Program-made: the position numbers and the translations under genes
Notes under the pieces: model-generated
What the model saw: only the letters and a program-made list of their open reading frames with translations
Database searches by the model: none
What the model was told of the DNA's origin: nothing
Part shown: positions 1 to 9,085 of the stretch, one piece after another
Layout: every line of letters begins with the position of its first letter
Position numbering within the stretch: the first letter of the stretch is position 1
Assembly: GCA_963832085.1 (NCBI GenBank)
Contig: CAWHSU010000003.1
Coordinates: 22,229-86,228, forward strand
From: an uncultured Actinomycetes bacterium
GTDB lineage: Bacteria; Actinomycetota; Thermoleophilia; Solirubrobacterales; 70-9
Length of the DNA stretch: 64,000 bases
Reading direction: 5' to 3'

Positions 1-315
1 GCGCTCCTTGGCCCAGTCCATCAGGTAGCGCTTGGTGCGGGTGAAGAGGTGCTGCCCCCGCGCCGCCGCCAGCGTCACCGCCTGGCCGGAGTGACCGACT
101 GCATCGCCGGCCGCGCCGAGGCTCATCCCGAGGTGGCAAAGCACCTCGTTTCCAGGGGTTTCAGCCACGCAGGCGACGTATCTCCCGGCCGCGATCCGCG
201 CCCCGACCTCGGCCGGATCGTAGACCCACCGGAGATCGTAGGTTTGACCATATGCCGCCTCGATCGCACGCGTCAGCACGGTACCCTCGCCGGGCCCCAA
301 GAATCTGAACGTCAT
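1..315 (-). CDS. GNAT-family N-acetyltransferase, N-terminal part (3' end lies beyond the window edge)
   Basis: Manual minus-strand translation from ATG (complement of 313-315) gives MTFRFLGPGEGTVLTRAIEAAYGQTYDLRWVYDPAEV...GQAVTLAAARGQHLFTRTKRYLMDWAKER, open to position 1. The V..AARGQ.L segment resembles the GNAT acetyl-CoA motif. It is absent from the ORF track because its stop is outside the window. Confidence 0.4.
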   Translation of the reverse strand, partial: MTFRFLGPGEGTVLTRAIEAAYGQTYDLRWVYDPAEVGARIAAGRYVACVAETPGNEVLCHLGMSLGAAGDAVGHSGQAVTLAAARGQHLFTRTKRYLMDWAKER

Positions 316-342
316 GTCCATTACGGACATCATCGTCATCTC

Positions 343-416
343 GCCCGCCTAGCTCAACCTGGGAGAGCGCCTCATTTGTAATGAGGAGGTTGCCGGTTCG
401 ATTCCGGCGGCGGGCT
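343..416 (+). tRNA. tRNA-Thr (anticodon UGU)
   Basis: The cloverleaf is readable. Acceptor is GCCCGCC/GGCGGGC, T arm is GCCGG-TTCGATT-CCGGC, anticodon stem is CCTCA/TGAGG with loop TTTGTAA (anticodon TGT). Discriminator is T and no CCA is encoded. Confidence 0.9.
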
Positions 417-550
417 TCCCCTTCACTGGACTTGACAGAACACGCGAGTTCTTCGCCTGCTTCCGCAACTTTGCCCCGCCCCTCCGTTTAGGCAAGCGAC
501 GCACACGGCGCCTGTGCAAAGGGCCAGGCAACCAACCAAGGAGGCAGGAA

Positions 551-1585
551 ATGCGGCAACAACTGGGGAGTGTTGTTCGAGACGAAGGGCGAGGGCGACG
601 GCGGCTGGCGGCTCTCGCCGGCATGGCGATCGCCTGCGTGCTGCTGACGGCGGCGACGGCGCAGGCAGCGGTAATCAGCATCGGCAGCGTCTTGCCGGAA
701 GGCTGGGCTTCGAAGAAATTCGAACGGACCCAGACCCTCTTCAACACCGCCTTGCCGGAGGCCGGCGCCACCCTTGCCTCTCCGGTCAGCGGCGCGATCG
801 TGCGGTGGCGCGTGCAGGGCGCTGTCGGCGGGCCGTTCTACCTCCGGGTGCTGCGTCCGAACGGCAAAGGCGCCTATGAAGCGGCAGGGAAAAGCGCTCC
901 CGCTGTCCCGGCCGGCCCTGGACTGCAGACCTTTGAGACGAACCTGAAAATCCAGGCAGGTGACCTGATCGGCGTCAACCCGACCAGCGAAAACGACGAA
1001 ATCGGCGTCAAGACCGAGTCCGGCGCCAGCTACGCGTCGATCTTCCCGAGCCCGTTCGAAGGGACCGTCAACGCTCCCAGCAAAACGTTCACGGGCGAAG
1101 AGATCGAGCTCAGCGCCGAAGTCCAGCCGGTGCCGGAAGTCGCCTCGATCACGCCGTCCTTCGGCTCGGTCACCGGCGGCACCGTGCTGACGATCACCGG
1201 CAAGAATTTCACCGGGGCCAGCTCGGTGCTGTTCGGCACCACGCCGGCTGCCGGCTTCAGCGTCAACTCCGACACGGAGATCACCGTCACCACCCCGCGC
1301 AGCCTGCGCCCGGGCAAAGCCGACATCTCGGTGACGACCTTCGCCGGCGAGAACGTCGACACCCGCTTCGACGATTTCGTCTACCGCGCCTGCGTCGTGC
1401 CGGCGGTCAGGAACAAGCCGCTGAGGCGGGCGAAATCGCTGATCAGGAGCCGGGGCTGCAAGCTCGGCCACGTGAAGAAGGTCGAGGCTCCGGCGAAGAA
1501 AGAGGGCACGGTCCTCAAGCAGACCCCGCGACCGGGCAAAATCCTGGCGCCGGGTGCGCGCGTTCGTATCAGCTTGGGCGTCTAG
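551..1585 (+). CDS. secreted protein with IPT/TIG domain and C-terminal PASTA-like domain
   Basis: AAGGAGG lies 7 nt upstream of the ATG. Signal-like segment is LAALAGMAIACVLLTAATAQA. IPT/TIG signature is ITPSFGSVTGGTVLTITGKNFTGASSVLFG...EITVTTP. C-terminus CVVPAVRNKPLRRAKSLIRSRGCKLG...GTVLKQTPRPGKILAPGARVRISLG is PASTA-like. Confidence 0.75.
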   Translation: MRQQLGSVVRDEGRGRRRLAALAGMAIACVLLTAATAQAAVISIGSVLPEGWASKKFERTQTLFNTALPEAGATLASPVSGAIVRWRVQGAVGGPFYLRVLRPNGKGAYEAAGKSAPAVPAGPGLQTFETNLKIQAGDLIGVNPTSENDEIGVKTESGASYASIFPSPFEGTVNAPSKTFTGEEIELSAEVQPVPEVASITPSFGSVTGGTVLTITGKNFTGASSVLFGTTPAAGFSVNSDTEITVTTPRSLRPGKADISVTTFAGENVDTRFDDFVYRACVVPAVRNKPLRRAKSLIRSRGCKLGHVKKVEAPAKKEGTVLKQTPRPGKILAPGARVRISLGV

Positions 1586-1640
1586 CCCAGCAAGGGGTCC
1601 GGGGGCCGCGGTGGGGCGGCCTCCGGATCTAGGAGGGCTC

Positions 1641-2255
1641 CTACGCCTGCCAGGGGTCGTTCATCGGCTGCCGGCGCTTTTTCGAGCGCTTGAAGAGGTA
1701 GCAGCCGACCAACCCACGAGGCTCGACGTAGAAGAATTTCCCGTCGACCAGCTTCCAGCCCTCGACGGCCACCGAGTTGAGGATGTCGACGGCGTCTTCG
1801 GTCGCGCGGGCCGGCGCCCCGACGGGACCCGGGATCACCGTCGACTCGACCCGGTCGATCTCAAGCTCGTACTGGAACAGCTGCTGCCCCCGTTCGAAGG
1901 CGAGCCGGGCCCGGCCGGCCGGGCTCTGGAAGAAGGCCTGCCGTTCGGCTTCCAGCCAGAGGCGCTGCTTGATGTGCTCTCGTTCCCGGGTCCGCTGCTC
2001 GCGTTTCTCCTTCGAGAGCGGCGGCAGTTGCAGCGACGGGACCCGCGTCAAAAGGGAAAGGCGCGGCCCTTGCGGCGCTTCTTCCCGGACCAGGGCCTCC
2101 GCCGCGAGGCGCAGCCGCGGCGTCCGGATCAGGGCCATCCACTCGCCGTCCCAGAATCGTTCCGCGGTGGTTCCGAGGGGATCGGGATACCACCCCGTTT
2201 CACCTCCCTGGGGAGCCGGGGCTTGCTGGAGGCGCTCTTTCTCAAGGGTGGTCAT
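1641..2255 (-). CDS. DUF2510-domain protein
   Basis: GWYPDPLGTTAERFWDGEWM matches the DUF2510 signature. The ATG at 2255 is preferred over the TTG at 2297, but the start is not certain. Confidence 0.65.
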   Translation of the reverse strand: MTTLEKERLQQAPAPQGGETGWYPDPLGTTAERFWDGEWMALIRTPRLRLAAEALVREEAPQGPRLSLLTRVPSLQLPPLSKEKREQRTREREHIKQRLWLEAERQAFFQSPAGRARLAFERGQQLFQYELEIDRVESTVIPGPVGAPARATEDAVDILNSVAVEGWKLVDGKFFYVEPRGLVGCYLFKRSKKRRQPMNDPWQA

Positions 2256-2336
2256 CTGGAGCGGGGTAGGAAACCGGACGAATCTCCGGTAGCGCAATCG
2301 AATATCCGTTGAGTAGGCAGGGGAGTCATCTCGCTA

Positions 2337-3737
2337 CTAACGTCCGTCAGTACCCAAGACTCGCGCCTTCTCGGCGGCAAACTCCTCATCGGTGAGGATG
2401 CCTTTGTCCCGCAGGACGCCGAGCCGCTCCAGGCGGGCGAGGCGGACGTCGTCTTCGTCGGCCGGCAGCGTTGCGGTGGGGGGCTCGGCGGGCTCGTGCT
2501 CGCCGCCGGGCCGCCGCACCTCCGGCAGGCGCAGCTTCGAGGCCTGCTCGCCGACCTTCTCGCCGATGTTCGCGTCCTTGACCGCGGTGACGACCTTGTC
2601 GCGGGTACCGCCGAAGACGTCGTCGTAGGTGGCATCCGGGAACTCCTCTTCGGTCTGCCTTCGCAGCTCGTGGATCCCGAAGGCGGCCATTCCGGCGACG
2701 ACCAGGGTGGTGAGGAACGAGCGCAGCCCCTGGGTCGGGCTGCTGAGGAAGTAAAAGCCGATGACGACCACCAGCCCGGCGTAGACGTAGGCGGTGTGCA
2801 AGCGCAGGGTCGGCGCCAGGAAGCGGCGGGTGGCGCGGGCGCCAGTGGTGGGCGATGCGAGCCAGCCGGCGACCAGGAAGAGGATGCCGACGACGATCAC
2901 GGTGGTGGCGATGCTGGTCATCAGCGAGGTGCCGATGTCCCAGGCCGCTTCGCCAGCCGGCTTCGCGCTCTCGGCCGTCACCAGCTGGTCAACGACGATG
3001 CCGCCGGCGATCTGGCGGGTGACGATCACCGCGAACCCGGCGGCGATCAGGCCGACGCCGCTGAGCAGGACGGTGACCCAGCGCCCGTCGCGGGAGAGGT
3101 AGATCGCGGCGGCGAAGCAGGCGAAGGTGAGGAGCGAGAGCAGCAGCGCCAGGCCTTTGATCGCGATCGCGATGTCCTGCGCGGTTTTCAGCTCGTCCGA
3201 CTTGAGGATCTCGATCTGGGCGGCGTCGGCCGGCACTTTCTCGGTCAGGCTTTCGCCGATCCCGACCTGCTCGGCCAGGTTCTGGAGCAGCTGGCCGAGG
3301 TTGAGGCTGACGTTGCCTTCGTCGGTCTCGATCGCTTCTTTCTTGTTTTCGAGCACGGCGAGGAGTTGCTCGTGGGTGGTCCGGTTCGCCTCTTCCCAGA
3401 GCTCCTGCGCGGTCGAGGTTTCCAGCACCCTTTCGGCGCCCTGGCCTGCGAACTGACGCACCCCGCCGGCGGCGGGGCCGGCGAACTCCTTGAGGTCGTC
3501 CGGGAAGCGGTCTTCGAATTCCTTGCGGACGTCGACGTTTTCGTAGAGCTGGTCGACGAGGTAGTCGCTGAGCGCTACGCGGATCGTCTCGTTCTCCAGC
3601 AGCCGGCCGCTGGTCGAGACCCAGTCGTCGGTATTCAGCGCCTGGCGCTCGGTCCAAATCGCGAAAACGCTGAGGAAGGCGAGGATGGAACCGAGGACCA
3701 CGAAGGCCCTGACGGTACGTCGTCGTCCGCGGCTCAT
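2337..3737 (-). CDS. multi-pass membrane protein with C-terminal SHOCT domain
   Basis: Several hydrophobic helices are present. The C-terminus LARLERLGVLRDKGILTDEEFAAEKARVLG is a typical SHOCT motif. The start is taken at MSRGRRRTVRAF (ATG 3737) to avoid overlap with the divergent gene. Confidence 0.75.
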   Translation of the reverse strand: MSRGRRRTVRAFVVLGSILAFLSVFAIWTERQALNTDDWVSTSGRLLENETIRVALSDYLVDQLYENVDVRKEFEDRFPDDLKEFAGPAAGGVRQFAGQGAERVLETSTAQELWEEANRTTHEQLLAVLENKKEAIETDEGNVSLNLGQLLQNLAEQVGIGESLTEKVPADAAQIEILKSDELKTAQDIAIAIKGLALLLSLLTFACFAAAIYLSRDGRWVTVLLSGVGLIAAGFAVIVTRQIAGGIVVDQLVTAESAKPAGEAAWDIGTSLMTSIATTVIVVGILFLVAGWLASPTTGARATRRFLAPTLRLHTAYVYAGLVVVIGFYFLSSPTQGLRSFLTTLVVAGMAAFGIHELRRQTEEEFPDATYDDVFGGTRDKVVTAVKDANIGEKVGEQASKLRLPEVRRPGGEHEPAEPPTATLPADEDDVRLARLERLGVLRDKGILTDEEFAAEKARVLGTDGR

Positions 3738-3759
3738 CGGCGGATGGTATACGTGAGCA

Positions 3760-4677
3760 ATGAAGCTAGAGGGCATTCACCACATAACTGCGATCACCGA
3801 GAACGCTCAGCGCAACGTCGATTTCTACGCGGGCGTGCTGGGATTGCGGCTGGTCAAGAAAACGGTCAACCAGGACAACCCGACCGTCTACCACCTCTTC
3901 TACGCCGACGAGAAGGGGGACGCCGGCTCCGATCTGACCTTCTTCGAGTACCCCGGCGCCGCCCTGGGACGGGCGGGGGCGGGGATGGTGCACCGGGTCG
4001 TCTGGCGGGTCGCTTCGGGCGAGGCGCTGGATTTCTGGGCCGAGCGGCTGCGCGCCAACGACGTCGAGTCCGAGCGCGACGGCGACAGCCTCGTCTTCTC
4101 CGATCCCGAGGGGCTCGACCACGAGCTGCTCGTGGTCGACGTGCCCGACCAGCCGCTGATCGCCGACCACCCCGAGGTGCCGGCGGAGGTGGCGCTGCAG
4201 GGCTTCCACGCGGTCCGCGCCTACGCCGCTGCGCCGCAGGACAGCAGCGGCCTGCTCGAGGCGCTCGAGTTCGAGCAGGTGGACGGGGCCTGGGAGGCGC
4301 GCGGCGAGCAGCGCGGCGGTCTCTACATCTACGACGAGCCGCCAGCCGAGCGCGGGTTACAGGGAGCCGGGAGCGTCCATCACGTCGCTTGGGCCTCCAC
4401 CCCCGAGGAGCACATGCAGTGGCGCGAGAGAGCAGTGGCCGGCGGGGCGCAGCCGACGCCGGAGATCGACCGCTTCTACTTCAAATCGATCTACTTCCGC
4501 GAGCCCAACGGCATCCTCTTCGAGATCGCCACGCTCGGCCCGGGCTTCACCGTCAACGAGCCGCTCGAGCACCTCGGCGAGAAGCTCTCGCTGCCGCCCG
4601 ATTACGAGCACCTGCGCGACGAGGTCGAACCGAAACTGCGGCCGGTGGAGAACCCGCGGCTCAAAGCCCAGGGTTGA
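3760..4677 (+). CDS. VOC-superfamily ring-cleaving dioxygenase (MhqO/YfiE-like, two glyoxalase-fold repeats)
   Basis: N-terminus GIHHITAITENAQRNVDFYAGVLGLRLVKKTVNQDNPTVYHLFYAD and a second repeat SVHHVAWAS...YFKSIYFREPNGILFEIAT. Confidence 0.85.
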   Translation: MKLEGIHHITAITENAQRNVDFYAGVLGLRLVKKTVNQDNPTVYHLFYADEKGDAGSDLTFFEYPGAALGRAGAGMVHRVVWRVASGEALDFWAERLRANDVESERDGDSLVFSDPEGLDHELLVVDVPDQPLIADHPEVPAEVALQGFHAVRAYAAAPQDSSGLLEALEFEQVDGAWEARGEQRGGLYIYDEPPAERGLQGAGSVHHVAWASTPEEHMQWRERAVAGGAQPTPEIDRFYFKSIYFREPNGILFEIATLGPGFTVNEPLEHLGEKLSLPPDYEHLRDEVEPKLRPVENPRLKAQG

Positions 4678-5705
4678 CGGCGGACTTCACCTGGCGCGAC
4701 GCCGGGCGCACCGTGGTCTTCCGGCGGGGCGGGGTTGGGGGTGCGGTTGAGATTCTCCGTGAGCACGGGGTCGAGAAGTTCGAGCTGCTGAGTACGGAGC
4801 GGGCGCTGGGCGACGCCGAGGGTCTGGCCGCTGCGGCCGAGCGGGTGCACGAGGTTGCCCCAGGGCAGGTTCCGCTTGCTGCCGCTGAGTTGCTGGACGC
4901 GGTTGCCCTTCCTTTTGATGGCAGGCAGGAAGGGCAACCGCGTCCGGTCGTGGCGTTTGGCGGCGGCCGGGTCGTCGATGTGGCCAAGGCGATAGCTGCG
5001 ATTTCCGGGGCGGAGGTAGTGGCGGTTCCGACGACGTTGTCGGGGGCGCCGATGACGGCCATCCACCGGCTGCCGGCCGGAGCCGAAGATCGGGTGCGGG
5101 GGATGGTCCGACCCTCTCTTGTGATCGCCGACCCGGAGGCGATGACGGGCCAAGGGGAGGCGCAGCTGCGAGCCAGCGCGATGAACGCGCTGGCGCACGG
5201 GGCGGACACGCTCTACGTGCCGGGTTCGAATCCCGTCTCGGAGATGACCGCGCTGCGAGGGGCGGAGCTGATCGCGGGCGCGCTCGACCAGGAGCGGGAG
5301 GGACGCGACCGCGCCGGGCTCGCCCTTGGCTCGCTCCTGTGCGGCTACGCGATCGACTCCGCCGGCCTTGGCCTCCACCACCTCGTCTGCCAGACCCTCG
5401 TCCGCGTCTGCGGCATCCCGCACGCGGAGACCAATGCGGCGATCTTGCCGCAGGCGATCGCGTACCTGGCCGAGCGGGCGCCGGAGTCGTATAGGCGCTT
5501 AGCGGCTGCCCTTGGCACCGATCGGCCGGGGTTGCAGGGGCGGATCGAAGAGCTGGGTCGACCGCGCCCCCTCGGCGAGCTCGGCGGTGATGCATCGAAG
5601 CTCGACGAGGCGATCGAGGCGATGCTCAAACGGCCGGAGCTTGCCTACGTTCCGGGCTCTACTTCTCGCGACGATCTGACGACGTTGGTCCAGAGCGCGT
5701 GGTAG
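4674..5705 (+). CDS. iron-containing alcohol dehydrogenase / maleylacetate reductase family protein
   Basis: This is the C-terminal 343 codons of track ORF 2496..5705. A TTG start at 4674 overlaps the upstream stop. Motifs are VVAFGGGRVVDVAKAIA, AVPTTLSGA and NALAHGADTLY. Pairing with the ring-cleaving dioxygenase fits an aromatic catabolic pair. Confidence 0.8.
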   Translation: MTADFTWRDAGRTVVFRRGGVGGAVEILREHGVEKFELLSTERALGDAEGLAAAAERVHEVAPGQVPLAAAELLDAVALPFDGRQEGQPRPVVAFGGGRVVDVAKAIAAISGAEVVAVPTTLSGAPMTAIHRLPAGAEDRVRGMVRPSLVIADPEAMTGQGEAQLRASAMNALAHGADTLYVPGSNPVSEMTALRGAELIAGALDQEREGRDRAGLALGSLLCGYAIDSAGLGLHHLVCQTLVRVCGIPHAETNAAILPQAIAYLAERAPESYRRLAAALGTDRPGLQGRIEELGRPRPLGELGGDASKLDEAIEAMLKRPELAYVPGSTSRDDLTTLVQSAW

Positions 5706-5712
5706 CGACAGA

Positions 5713-5763
5713 GCCGGTCCCCATCCACCCCTACCTGCTTAGTAGGGGTGGATGGGGACCGGC
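5713..5763. terminator. 22-bp perfect hairpin between convergent genes (bidirectional terminator candidate)
   Basis: GCCGGTCCCCATCCACCCCTAC (5713-5734), a 7-nt loop, then GTAGGGGTGGATGGGGACCGGC (5742-5763). It lies between the stop of 4674..5705 (+) and the stop of 5764..6696 (-). Confidence 0.7.
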
Positions 5764-6696
5764 TCAAGCGGCCTCGTTGTTCATCAAGAGGACCCGCAAG
5801 TCGGCCGCAACCGCCTCCGGTTCGTCGTCGAGCTGATTCCAGGTGATGTGGGTGACCGAGTAGCCCGCGACCCTCAGCTTTCGATCCCGAGCCCGGTCGT
5901 TGCGAAAGGCGGTGCGGGTGGAGTGGCCGTCCCAGCCGTCGAGCTCGACGATCTCGCGCGTATCCGGCCAGTGGCAGTCGACTTGGTAGCGCTTGCCCTC
6001 GAGGAGGATCCAGTCGTTGAAGCGCGGAAGCGGCAGGCGGTGACGACGCAGGAAGGGAGCGAAGCGCTCCTCGAGAGGGCTGCGCTTGCGACCCGGTGGC
6101 TCTTTCTTCAACCGCTCTAGCGCCATCCGAACCTTCCGCACCCCTCGTTTCCCCGGATAACGCTCGACCAGGTCCCAAAGCGAGAGGCGATCCCGGAGTT
6201 CCAGGAATTCCATCTCCCGCAGAAGGTTCTCGATTACGTCTGCGGGCTCAGTCGCCGCCAGGTCGAAGATCGTTCGCGGCACCGTGGTCACCGGGATTCC
6301 CTCCTCGACGGTGATCTCGTCAGCAGGTAAGGGCGAGTGATGTCGGCGGATCTCTGTCCAAGACCTCCCCTTCCGAGGAGTGGTGACGTCGATCCTCTCC
6401 CGCGAGTTCGGACGGATCATCCACAGCGCCGCAGCTGACCAGTGACTGAGGACGGTGTTGGGTCCGGAGGCGAGAACCGCCGCCATCCACCGCCCCTCCC
6501 TCGGGATCACGCGGTGGCCCACCGCGTAGACGCCCGCATGCAGCCGATGCAGCCGCCCTGTCCTGATCCGCCTGCCGATTGAGTCCGCTCCGAACCCCAG
6601 CTGAACCAATTGATCCCGGCCCACCACCCCGTACTGACAGTCCGCCAGCTCGCCGATCGCCCGCTCCCTTTCGCGAGACCGCAAAAGAGTGCGCAT
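5764..6696 (-). CDS. DUF559 / AbiEi-N-like protein (endonuclease-fold C-terminal domain)
   Basis: The N-terminal motif ADCQYGVVGRDQLVQLG...RRIRTGRLHRLHAGVYAV is typical of the family. The C-terminal part YQVDCHWPDTREIVELDGWDGH...RDRKLRVAGYSVTHITW is DUF559-like. The start is uncertain because the track ORF begins at 6726, inside a hairpin. Confidence 0.75.
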   Translation of the reverse strand: MRTLLRSRERERAIGELADCQYGVVGRDQLVQLGFGADSIGRRIRTGRLHRLHAGVYAVGHRVIPREGRWMAAVLASGPNTVLSHWSAAALWMIRPNSRERIDVTTPRKGRSWTEIRRHHSPLPADEITVEEGIPVTTVPRTIFDLAATEPADVIENLLREMEFLELRDRLSLWDLVERYPGKRGVRKVRMALERLKKEPPGRKRSPLEERFAPFLRRHRLPLPRFNDWILLEGKRYQVDCHWPDTREIVELDGWDGHSTRTAFRNDRARDRKLRVAGYSVTHITWNQLDDEPEAVAADLRVLLMNNEAA

Positions 6697-6719
6697 ATCG
6701 CATGTTTTTGCGGTCTCGC
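6673..6719. repeat. hairpin repeat copy 1 (arms GCGAGACCGCAAAA / TTTTGCGGTCTCGC)
   Basis: 14-bp perfect stem and 19-nt loop. The same arm sequences recur at 40247-40291 with a different loop. Confidence 0.6.
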
Positions 6720-6820
6720 AGGGCACGCGCCGAGCGTGCCGGGAAACCTCGCGCGTGTGGTGCGCAGGTTGTGCCGGAAGCGATACGTAACCGTGCCCGC
6801 TTAGGCGTGTAGCGCTACGC

Positions 6821-8485
6821 GTGACCCCAGAGCGTCTTGCCTCCTACCACGCCTATACGCGCAAGCACAGCGTCAACTGGCCGCTGTACCACCTCGCCAG
6901 GGCCTTCCTGCTGCCGTTCTTCCTCGTCTACTTCCGGCTCGGCCGGATGGGACGGGAGTACGGGCGAGTCGAGGGTGGGGTGATCATCGCCTCCAACCAC
7001 CGCAGCTTCCTCGATCCCTTCGTCGCCGGCGCCTGCCTGCCCTGGCGGCGACCGATGAACTACATGGCCAAGGTCGAGCTCTTCGAGCGGCGCTGGCAGG
7101 GATGGATGCTCTCGCGGCTCGGGGCCTTCCCGGTCCGCCGCGGCGAGTCGGACGAGGAATCGATGCTGACCGCGCGGATGATCGCCGAACGCGGCGGCGC
7201 CGTCTGCGTCTTCCCCGAGGGGACGCGGATCCGCCGCGGCACCCTCGCCAACCCGAAGCGGGGGGTGGGGCGGCTCGCCCTGCAGACCGGGGCGGTGGTG
7301 ATCCCCACCGCCGTCCTCGGCACCGAAGACGTCCGCCGCGGCTGGCGCATCCGCCCGCGCAAGGTGAAGGTGCGGCTGGGGCCGCCGATGACCTTCCCCC
7401 GTGCCGAGGAGCCTTCGCCGGCGCTGGCGGAAACGGTGACCGCCCGCATCTGGCCCAACGTCCTGCTGCAGTGGGAAGACCTCGGCGGCCTGCCGCCGAT
7501 GCGCCGCGCCGCGGTGATCGGCGCCGGCAGCTGGGGGACGGCGGTGGCGGTCTTGCTCGCCCGCGGCGGGCTCGAGGTCCAGCTCGGCGCCCGCACCTCC
7601 GAGCGGGTCGAGGAGCTGATCGCCGACGGCGAGAACCGCCGCTACCTGCCCGGGGTGCCGCTGCCGGAGTCGATCGACGTCCGTCCCGCCTCGGCGATCG
7701 AGCTCGCCGGCCTCGACCTGATCTGCCTCGCCATCCCCTCCAAGCAGCTGCCGCAGGCGGTGGGAGCGATCGCCGACCGCGTCGGCTCGCGCAGCGCCGT
7801 CTTGATGCTGACCAAGGGACTGATCGCGCCGCAGGGCCAGCTGCCCTCCGACTACGTCGGCGAGCGGGTACGGGCGCGGGCGATCGCCTGCCTCGGTGGC
7901 CCCGCCCACGCCCGCGAGGCCGTCTCGGGCTCGGCGGCGCTGGTGCTGGGATCGGCCGACGAGGAGCTACGGGCGCAGATCGGCGAGGTCTTCGACCGCG
8001 CCGGCCTCGTCTGCGAGCGCTCCCGCGACGTCACCGGCGTCGAGATGGCGGGCGCCGCCAAGAACGCCGCTGCGCTGGCAGCCGCCGCTGCCGAGCCCCA
8101 TGGCCTCAACGCGGCCGGGATCGCGGTGGCGGCGATCTGGCGCGAGTGCATCGAGCACGCCGTCGCCCGCGGCGCCGAGCTCGAGACCTTCGCCGGCCTC
8201 GCCGGGGTCGGCGACCTGACCGCGACGATGATGGCCCCCACCGGCCGCAACCGTCGCGCCGGCGAGCTGCTCGGCACCGGCACCCCGGCCGCCGACATTC
8301 CCGGCAAGATCGGCCAGGCCTCCGAGGGGCTCGACACGGTGCCGCTGCTGGCGGAGGCGGTCGCCGCCTCCGGCGTCGAAGCCGAAGCGCTGGCGGCCCT
8401 GGCCGCCTTGATCCGCGGCGACCTCGACGCCGAGGAGTGGATCGCCAGCCTGCGTCAGGTCGAGCGCCAGAGGCAGGCCGCCTGA
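6821..8485 (+). CDS. fused 1-acyl-sn-glycerol-3-phosphate acyltransferase (PlsC) and NAD(P)H-dependent glycerol-3-phosphate dehydrogenase (GpsA)
   Basis: One uninterrupted 554-codon ORF. The N-terminal half carries acyltransferase motifs NHRSFLDPF (HX4D) and FPEGTR. From about codon 227, AAVIGAGSWGTAVAVLLARGG (Rossmann) is followed by GpsA-like sequence (LTKGL, GGPAHAREV-like, AGAAKN). Confidence 0.85.
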   Translation: MTPERLASYHAYTRKHSVNWPLYHLARAFLLPFFLVYFRLGRMGREYGRVEGGVIIASNHRSFLDPFVAGACLPWRRPMNYMAKVELFERRWQGWMLSRLGAFPVRRGESDEESMLTARMIAERGGAVCVFPEGTRIRRGTLANPKRGVGRLALQTGAVVIPTAVLGTEDVRRGWRIRPRKVKVRLGPPMTFPRAEEPSPALAETVTARIWPNVLLQWEDLGGLPPMRRAAVIGAGSWGTAVAVLLARGGLEVQLGARTSERVEELIADGENRRYLPGVPLPESIDVRPASAIELAGLDLICLAIPSKQLPQAVGAIADRVGSRSAVLMLTKGLIAPQGQLPSDYVGERVRARAIACLGGPAHAREAVSGSAALVLGSADEELRAQIGEVFDRAGLVCERSRDVTGVEMAGAAKNAAALAAAAAEPHGLNAAGIAVAAIWRECIEHAVARGAELETFAGLAGVGDLTATMMAPTGRNRRAGELLGTGTPAADIPGKIGQASEGLDTVPLLAEAVAASGVEAEALAALAALIRGDLDAEEWIASLRQVERQRQAA

Positions 8486-8521
8486 TGTGCCCCGGGTTGC
8501 GGGGCCCCTTAGGCTTGGCCG

Positions 8522-9085
8522 GTGAGCGGCCCCGAGGAGAACGTCGAGCCGGCCGCGCTGGCTCCGGCGGCCAAGGCGGAGCTCGACCGCGCCTTCGAGG
8601 ACTTTTACCGCTCGCACCTGAAAGACGTCTATTCCTACGCCTACTACCGGGTGGGGAACCACCACGACGCCGAGGACCTGACCGAGCAGGCGTTCCTCCA
8701 GGCCTACCGGCACTTCGACCGGGCCCGGCGCGAGTCCGACGGCCGGCCGCTGCGGCCGTGGGTGATCCGGATCGCCCACAACCTCGCCGCCAACTACTAC
8801 CGCGACCGTTCGCGCCGGCCGCAGACGCCGCTGGAAAGCACCGAGCCGATCGCCGCCCGCCACGACACCGTGGCGATCGCCGAGGGCAGGGAGGAGCTGC
8901 GGCAGGTGATGAAGCACCTCGAGCACCTCTCCGACGACCGCCGCGAGGCGCTGATCATGCGTTTCGCCCTCGGCATGGACAACCGCGAGATCGCGCGGGC
9001 GCTGGGACGCTCGGACGGGGCGACCAAGGTCCTGATCCACCGCGCGATCAAACAGCTGCAGGAGGAGATGGAAGATGCCGAGTGA
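8522..9085 (+). CDS. ECF-type RNA polymerase sigma-70 family factor
   Basis: Region 2 reads DAEDLTEQAFLQAYRHF...WVIRIAHNLAANYYRDR. Region 4 reads REALIMRFALGMDNREIARALGRSDGATKVLIHRAIKQL. Confidence 0.85.
   Translation: MSGPEENVEPAALAPAAKAELDRAFEDFYRSHLKDVYSYAYYRVGNHHDAEDLTEQAFLQAYRHFDRARRESDGRPLRPWVIRIAHNLAANYYRDRSRRPQTPLESTEPIAARHDTVAIAEGREELRQVMKHLEHLSDDRREALIMRFALGMDNREIARALGRSDGATKVLIHRAIKQLQEEMEDAE

Noticed and set aside
343-550. tRNA-Thr considered as a possible integration site for a genomic island.
   Set aside because: No integrase, no duplicated tRNA 3' segment and no compositional shift downstream. The next gene has a normal RBS and native-looking composition.
5764-6696. DUF559/AbiEi-like gene considered as a possible toxin-antitoxin or defence module.
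   Set aside because: It is a single gene with no AbiEii-type nucleotidyltransferase partner or other defence genes adjacent. This family is a widespread stand-alone gene in actinobacteria. The only unusual aspect, the hairpin at its 5' end, is reported separately.
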